Below, one piece after another: positions 59,172-64,000 of a DNA stretch of 64,000 nt (the first letter of the stretch is position 1; the number at the start of each line of letters is the position of its first letter). The notes below the pieces were generated by a model. The model was not told where the DNA came from. It did not search any database and saw only the letters and a program-made list of their open reading frames with translations. The stretch lies in NCBI GenBank assembly GCA_040755455.1, contig JBFMAY010000003.1:64047-128046 (forward strand), given 5' to 3'. A program made the translations under genes and the position numbers. This DNA is from Thermodesulfobacteriota bacterium (GTDB lineage Bacteria > Desulfobacterota > Desulfobulbia > Desulfobulbales > SURF-16).

Positions 59172-60527
59172 TCATGCCGCCGGTTTCCATTCCTTGAGAA
59201 AGGCCGGCAGATGACCGGCTTCACGCGGACCGATAACAATGGTCCACTCCGGCAGCTCCTCCTCCAGCTCGCCCTTGATACTGGCAAGATAACCGGGGAT
59301 AATCAGTTCACGGTGCTTGACCTTGTCGAGAATGCCCGATTTTTTGATAAACCCGGCGATAAGGTCGGCGCCGAACTTGCCGGCCGCCCAGGCGGTGAGA
59401 ACGGAGAGGCCCTCGGTATCCTTGATCAGCAGCCAGGACGGCACCTTGCTGCCCTCGATCTCGCCGGAGACGATGAAATAGGTCAGCGAGAAATTGCAGG
59501 TAATGAGAACCGGCGCGTTCTCCGCCGGACCGTTGATGGCATAGACATCCTCCTGCACCACCATCGGCCGCTGCGGATCAGTGAAAATGTTGAGCTGTTC
59601 GAGCAGCAAGGGAAAGAGGATATCGCCCTGCAGGTCGGAAAGCACAACAATGCCGGAGTATTTGGCGATCAGCACCGAAGCGATCATCGCCTCCATCATG
59701 ATGTCGTCAGTCATCTCACAGGGAAAAGAGATGAGCGGAAAACCAAGCGGCTTGAACTTGGTTTTGATCGCGGCGCGGCGGGAGACGATATTGTCCTCCA
59801 GCGCTGCCTTCATGGTGCGGGCACCGGTGTCAATGACCAGATCCTTCAGCCCTTCGGCCAGGAGCTTCTCGGAAATTGTAATGGTATCATCAAGGTTTGC
59901 GCCGCGGATTCCCAGCGGACAACCGGTTTCCTTGGCCATGGCGGCCATGGCGGAGGCGTTGTCAGCCGTGGCGCCATAGAGCAGCGGCTTGCGTTCTCCG
60001 CATGCCTTGGCCCCTTCGGCCAGATTATCAACTTTGCCGCTCATGAGGATCAGGCCCGCATCATCAGCACCGGCAAGGACCTTCTTGACCAGGGCGATAA
60101 ATTTTCCCTGATCGCCGTCGCTGTCTTTAACGGCAATCAGTCTGGCCTTCATCAGCACGCCGACGCGCTCATAGCGCAGCTCCTTGAAGCGCTTGATGCG
60201 GCCGTCAATGTCTGCCTCAGACATATCCGTACCGACCAGCACGGCAATCCCGGTAGGGTTCTCAAACCTCTTTTCATGACGAAACATGCAGGTCTCACCG
60301 CCGGTGGTGAAGGCGGAATCGCCTGCCCCGAGCTTGATGGTCCTGATCGGCGGAGCAGAAGCCTCACCAATGGTCGCCTTGGCCTCATCGGAAACATAAG
60401 GGCATTTCTCAATTTCAATCTGTCCGGCGGCAACTTTCATGGCAAAGGCAAGACAGGTGGGAATCCCGCACTCCCCGCAATTCTTTTTGGGGAGCATTTT
60501 AAGGATTTGTATACCAGTAAGAGCCAT
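59172..60527 (-). CDS. acsC: Corrinoid iron-sulfur protein large subunit (ACS complex gamma)
   Basis: LPKKNCGECG.PTCLAFA...CP, FRHEKRF, FTDPQRP, NFSLTYF, GLSVLTAWAAGKF. Confidence 0.96.
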   Translation of the reverse strand: MALTGIQILKMLPKKNCGECGIPTCLAFAMKVAAGQIEIEKCPYVSDEAKATIGEASAPPIRTIKLGAGDSAFTTGGETCMFRHEKRFENPTGIAVLVGTDMSEADIDGRIKRFKELRYERVGVLMKARLIAVKDSDGDQGKFIALVKKVLAGADDAGLILMSGKVDNLAEGAKACGERKPLLYGATADNASAMAAMAKETGCPLGIRGANLDDTITISEKLLAEGLKDLVIDTGARTMKAALEDNIVSRRAAIKTKFKPLGFPLISFPCEMTDDIMMEAMIASVLIAKYSGIVVLSDLQGDILFPLLLEQLNIFTDPQRPMVVQEDVYAINGPAENAPVLITCNFSLTYFIVSGEIEGSKVPSWLLIKDTEGLSVLTAWAAGKFGADLIAGFIKKSGILDKVKHRELIIPGYLASIKGELEEELPEWTIVIGPREAGHLPAFLKEWKPAA

Positions 60528-60575
60528 TGTTTATCTCCTCATTAGCATATAAAAAAATGTAAATAGCCCGATTGG

Positions 60576-62780
60576 CTACATAACTGTTTCCATTTTGAGC
60601 GCTGGATGGCCTTTTTCCTTGAGAAAAGCCAGTACCGCCTCTTCCGTGGTGCCCACTTCCTCATCAGCGATCATGTCAAAAAGCTCAGGCATGCCGATGG
60701 CTTCGCAGCGGGCCATCAATTTTTCCTTCAGCTCTTCCTTCAGCATCTTGGGAAGCCAGACAACTCTTTTCAGACCACCTTCCGCCATGAAAAGTTTCGG
60801 GCTGGTCAGGTAATGCTTGCTGACGCCCATGAAACCGGGGGTCTGCGCACCACCGCCTGCCATGCCGGCAAGCGAGGTAAACTTCATGCCGCTGGGGGTC
60901 ATGCCCATGTAATCGCGGTTGACCACCATGATGCCGTTACATTGGGGCAGCATGGCGGCAATGGCCTCAAAACAGCCGCAGGCGGTCATGGGATTCGTCA
61001 TCAGCGAATAACAGCTGACGGCCGGGACCGCCCCGCGGGAGGCCTGATTGACGAACTCGTTGATGCCGATAAAATCACCCAGCACCGGATCAATGCACTC
61101 ACCCTTCTGGATCGGCTGGTTCGGACCAGTCGGGTTGATCTGAAAGGAGGCCTTGCCGTCCAGCCAGTTATAGGCACCGCACATGCCCACCCTTTCCGGG
61201 GTAATGACACAGACATGGCTGGGGGCAAAGGACTGGCAGAGGGTACAGGAGTAAAAAATCTCCTCGGTTTCATCGGTCATGTTGCCCAGCCGCAGGTCGC
61301 GCTCGGCATAGACCTTTTTGGCAATCTCCTGCACCTCTTCCACCTTGGCCTGTTCGGTATAGATTTTCACCTGCACCTTATCAAGAATGGCGCCGAATTC
61401 CTGGTGCAGTTTGCCGTGCAGCACCTTGCCGATATGCTTGAAAGAAAAGCCCTTCTCCACCGCGGCCTTGCCGATGCGGATCCACATGATGTTCCGCTGG
61501 CCGATATGCATGATGCCCTGGATGTAGTTGATCAGATGATGGAACTGGCGCTCCAGGATCGGTTCAAAATCCGACTGCATCTCGCGGCCGGCAACTTCAA
61601 CCAGGATGGCGATGGGCAGGTTCTGCCCCTGGGTGATATCGCAGATGTCCTTGCCTTCGAGAATAACCTCGCCGTCAACGACATCGTGCATATCCTTGGA
61701 GATGAGCACCTCGACGCCGCTGGTCCTGCCGCCGCCGCATTCCATATAGAGATCATCCTTCCTGATCCTCTCACCCTCAAAGGCCGGCCCAAAGGCCATG
61801 GGGATATCAATCTTGGCAATGTTGACCTTCAGGCCCCGCACCTCGATGGCCTTCTGCACGATTTCATCATGGGGCACATTGCTGACCACATGCTCATAGG
61901 TGCAGATACCGGTGGGCAGGACTTCGGGAATATCATAGTCGGAGATGGTGGGGAATCCCCAGTTGATGGCGCCGGCTGCATTGGCGTACCACTCGTCGCT
62001 TACCGGGCCGAAGGCCATGACAAAGGCAAAGGTGCGGTCCTTGTTATAGATCAGGTTGCCCCGGTAATCTCCCGGTTTGATGCCGCCGAAGGCCATGGCC
62101 ACCCGGCAGGCAAAGCCGATGGCGAAAACCGCGGTGGTATAACTGTCGCCAAAGGGCACCAGGCGGGTGTTCCAGCCGACCTGCACATTATTTTTCACCA
62201 GCTGCTCGGGCATTCTGATGCCGTTTGAGTGGTCATGCATGAAGATGTAGAGATTTTTTTCCTGCAGCTCCAGGGCAATTTTGCTGGCAACCTCTTTGTC
62301 GGCCGGCGAACCCATGATGGCCGCAAAGCCGGGGGCCGTGCCATCGACAAACTCAACGCCGCGTTTACGGAAGATAACGTCGTCCGCCGCACCCAGCCAT
62401 ATATTTGCACCGGTCGGGTCTTCCGTTTTGGTATAATATTCGGGTTGCTCAAGATAACGGATTGCCTCATACATCTCCTCGGCGAAAAAGGTAGCCATGC
62501 CGGCATCAAGGGCCGGGGCCAGGTAGGGCAGCCAGTTATGTTCACTCACCATGGATGGCAAGAGCTTACGGCATTCCTGGAAGATATCCTGCATATCTCC
62601 CAGTTTTTCCACCTTGGCTCCCAGCATGCTGTAGATGACAGGCAGATAATAGGCAGTGTTGGGAAATGAGACCGCCTGCTCCGGACCATATTTTTTTAAA
62701 GCTGCCGCAAATTTTTCCTCGGCCATATCAGTGATTTTATGCGCGCCTCGGATAGCAGCTGAACAGATTATTTTTGACAT
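60576..62780 (-). CDS. acsB: Acetyl-CoA synthase (bacterial-type ACS)
   Basis: FPNTAYYLP, CTLCQSFAPSHVC, GMCGA, PMTACGCFE A-cluster ligands. Confidence 0.97.
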   Translation of the reverse strand: MSKIICSAAIRGAHKITDMAEEKFAAALKKYGPEQAVSFPNTAYYLPVIYSMLGAKVEKLGDMQDIFQECRKLLPSMVSEHNWLPYLAPALDAGMATFFAEEMYEAIRYLEQPEYYTKTEDPTGANIWLGAADDVIFRKRGVEFVDGTAPGFAAIMGSPADKEVASKIALELQEKNLYIFMHDHSNGIRMPEQLVKNNVQVGWNTRLVPFGDSYTTAVFAIGFACRVAMAFGGIKPGDYRGNLIYNKDRTFAFVMAFGPVSDEWYANAAGAINWGFPTISDYDIPEVLPTGICTYEHVVSNVPHDEIVQKAIEVRGLKVNIAKIDIPMAFGPAFEGERIRKDDLYMECGGGRTSGVEVLISKDMHDVVDGEVILEGKDICDITQGQNLPIAILVEVAGREMQSDFEPILERQFHHLINYIQGIMHIGQRNIMWIRIGKAAVEKGFSFKHIGKVLHGKLHQEFGAILDKVQVKIYTEQAKVEEVQEIAKKVYAERDLRLGNMTDETEEIFYSCTLCQSFAPSHVCVITPERVGMCGAYNWLDGKASFQINPTGPNQPIQKGECIDPVLGDFIGINEFVNQASRGAVPAVSCYSLMTNPMTACGCFEAIAAMLPQCNGIMVVNRDYMGMTPSGMKFTSLAGMAGGGAQTPGFMGVSKHYLTSPKLFMAEGGLKRVVWLPKMLKEELKEKLMARCEAIGMPELFDMIADEEVGTTEEAVLAFLKEKGHPALKMETVM

Positions 62781-62818
62781 TGAATCGCTCCTCTCAGATT
62801 ATCTGAATGAATTCATCA

Positions 62819-64000
62819 TTAGCTTATCAGGCTATTGATCAGAGACTTGGTAAGATTGATGGCTTTGGGATGGCGCATAATCAGCACCTCGCCGCCGGCA
62901 AGCAGCATGCAGGTGGCGGTGATCGCCTCCATCATGACGCCTCTTCTTTCCTTGTCTCCCAGCAGAGCATCAGAGGGAAGCCGACACTCCTTGGCCTTCC
63001 AAACCTCCCGGCCGAGATTGCAGATGATCGGCACCTGCAGTTTTTCATCCTGCTGGGTCAGGGCGGCCAGGCGAATACGCTCCATGACGGAATAGGTATA
63101 CTCAATACCGTATCCCAACGCGCCGATTGACGGATCCATCAGGATGGAGTTCAAAGAAACTCCAAGGTTTTCGAGCAGGATATTCAGCTGTTTGGCGAGG
63201 TTTACATCAATGGGAGAAGCAGCGACCATGGGATTCTGGAAGGCCATGGCGGTGGCGCCAAGGGAACGGTAATTACTGTCGGATAGAGGCGCCAGGCACA
63301 CTTTCCTGTCGCCGGTGAGCGAGGTGATTTCCCTGAGCGTCTCAGTATCCTTGTCCGCGTTGCCGCAGCCCCAGACAATGGTCGGCACATCGATATTATT
63401 AATGACTTCGGCAACAATCTTTGCCGCCTCGGATGCGTTCCTGTTCATGCCGTTGGGATCGGTGCTTACCATGGAAAGACAGATCGCCTCCGCCTGGTAT
63501 TCCTCAATACATTTCCTGGCCCAGGCCAGAGGATTATCAAGGACACCGTCAAAATGGCGGGTCAGTGATTCCGGCCACTCTTCGGGTTTGACATCCAGCA
63601 CGTCCATGGCGATCAGCGGCTTATTGGGCATGGTGCCTTCAAAAAGATGGAAGGGCATGGAAGTTTCACCGCCGATTTTTACCGTCTTGCCACCGCTGCC
63701 GAGTGCGGTATCTTTAATTTTCCCCGTATATTTGACCTGATAGGAAGCGGCAGGAACTTTTTTAGCACGATCAGCAAAAGGTGTCTTTTCAACAGCCAGT
63801 TCGGCAACCGCCACATCTCCGGCAGGAGCGACGGTCCTAGGCGGTTCAGCGGCTTTTGTTTCAACCACCTTCTTGGCCTCTTCGGCCGCCTTTACCTCTG
63901 CCGCCTTTTTCGCCTCTTCGGCTGCCTTGACTGCAGCGGCCTTTTTGGCCTCATCTGCTGCTTTGGCTTCGGCCGCCTTCTTGGCCTCTTCGGCAGCTTT
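62819..64000 (-). CDS. acsD: Corrinoid iron-sulfur protein small subunit (ACS complex delta), 5' end outside window
   Basis: IGGE..PF..FEG, SPIDVNLAKQLN, MDP..GALGYGIEYTYSVMERIRLAAL, MRHP; frame open to 64000. Confidence 0.93.
   Translation of the reverse strand, partial: KAAEEAKKAAEAKAADEAKKAAAVKAAEEAKKAAEVKAAEEAKKVVETKAAEPPRTVAPAGDVAVAELAVEKTPFADRAKKVPAASYQVKYTGKIKDTALGSGGKTVKIGGETSMPFHLFEGTMPNKPLIAMDVLDVKPEEWPESLTRHFDGVLDNPLAWARKCIEEYQAEAICLSMVSTDPNGMNRNASEAAKIVAEVINNIDVPTIVWGCGNADKDTETLREITSLTGDRKVCLAPLSDSNYRSLGATAMAFQNPMVAASPIDVNLAKQLNILLENLGVSLNSILMDPSIGALGYGIEYTYSVMERIRLAALTQQDEKLQVPIICNLGREVWKAKECRLPSDALLGDKERRGVMMEAITATCMLLAGGEVLIMRHPKAINLTKSLINSLIS
63845..64000 (-). repeat. 36-bp coding tandem repeat (KAAEEAKKAAxx)n in the acsD linker
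   Basis: KAAEEAKKAAEA KAADEAKKAAAV KAAEEAKKAAEV KAAEEAKKVVET KAAE. Confidence 0.85.

Overview
A 64-kb, GC-rich chromosomal window, by gene content most likely from an anaerobic Desulfobacterota/deltaproteobacterium (inference). Most of it is housekeeping and signalling: SatP, several two-component genes, two cyclophilins, a topoisomerase IV-like pair, oligoendopeptidase F, coaBC, tatD, yggS, prs, copA/copZ, and an acsD-acsB-acsC Wood-Ljungdahl block followed by a fused formate dehydrogenase, hdrA and mvhD. The main finding is at about 3.9-17.5 kb. A divergent sensing operon (orphan periplasmic binding protein, membrane kinase, hybrid kinase, sigma54 activator) faces two tandem cassettes of TonB-dependent receptor, a tiny unannotated CC-motif precursor peptide, an intrinsic terminator and a radical SAM/SPASM maturase. 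The two precursors share a leader/CC scaffold but carry opposite charge. Cassette 2 lacks its promoter and signal peptide but keeps near-identical DNA arms, which resembles a silent, swappable specificity cassette of a RiPP-based signalling system. The second finding is three UGA-recoded selenoproteins that the ORF track missed or split (SelW-like Rdx, MvhD, HdrA), each with a GGU-loop SECIS-like hairpin, plus a formate dehydrogenase with Cys (TGT) at the Sec position that still carries an fdhF-type SECIS. Several REP/MITE-like intergenic repeat families are also present. No rRNA, tRNA or CRISPR array was recognised.
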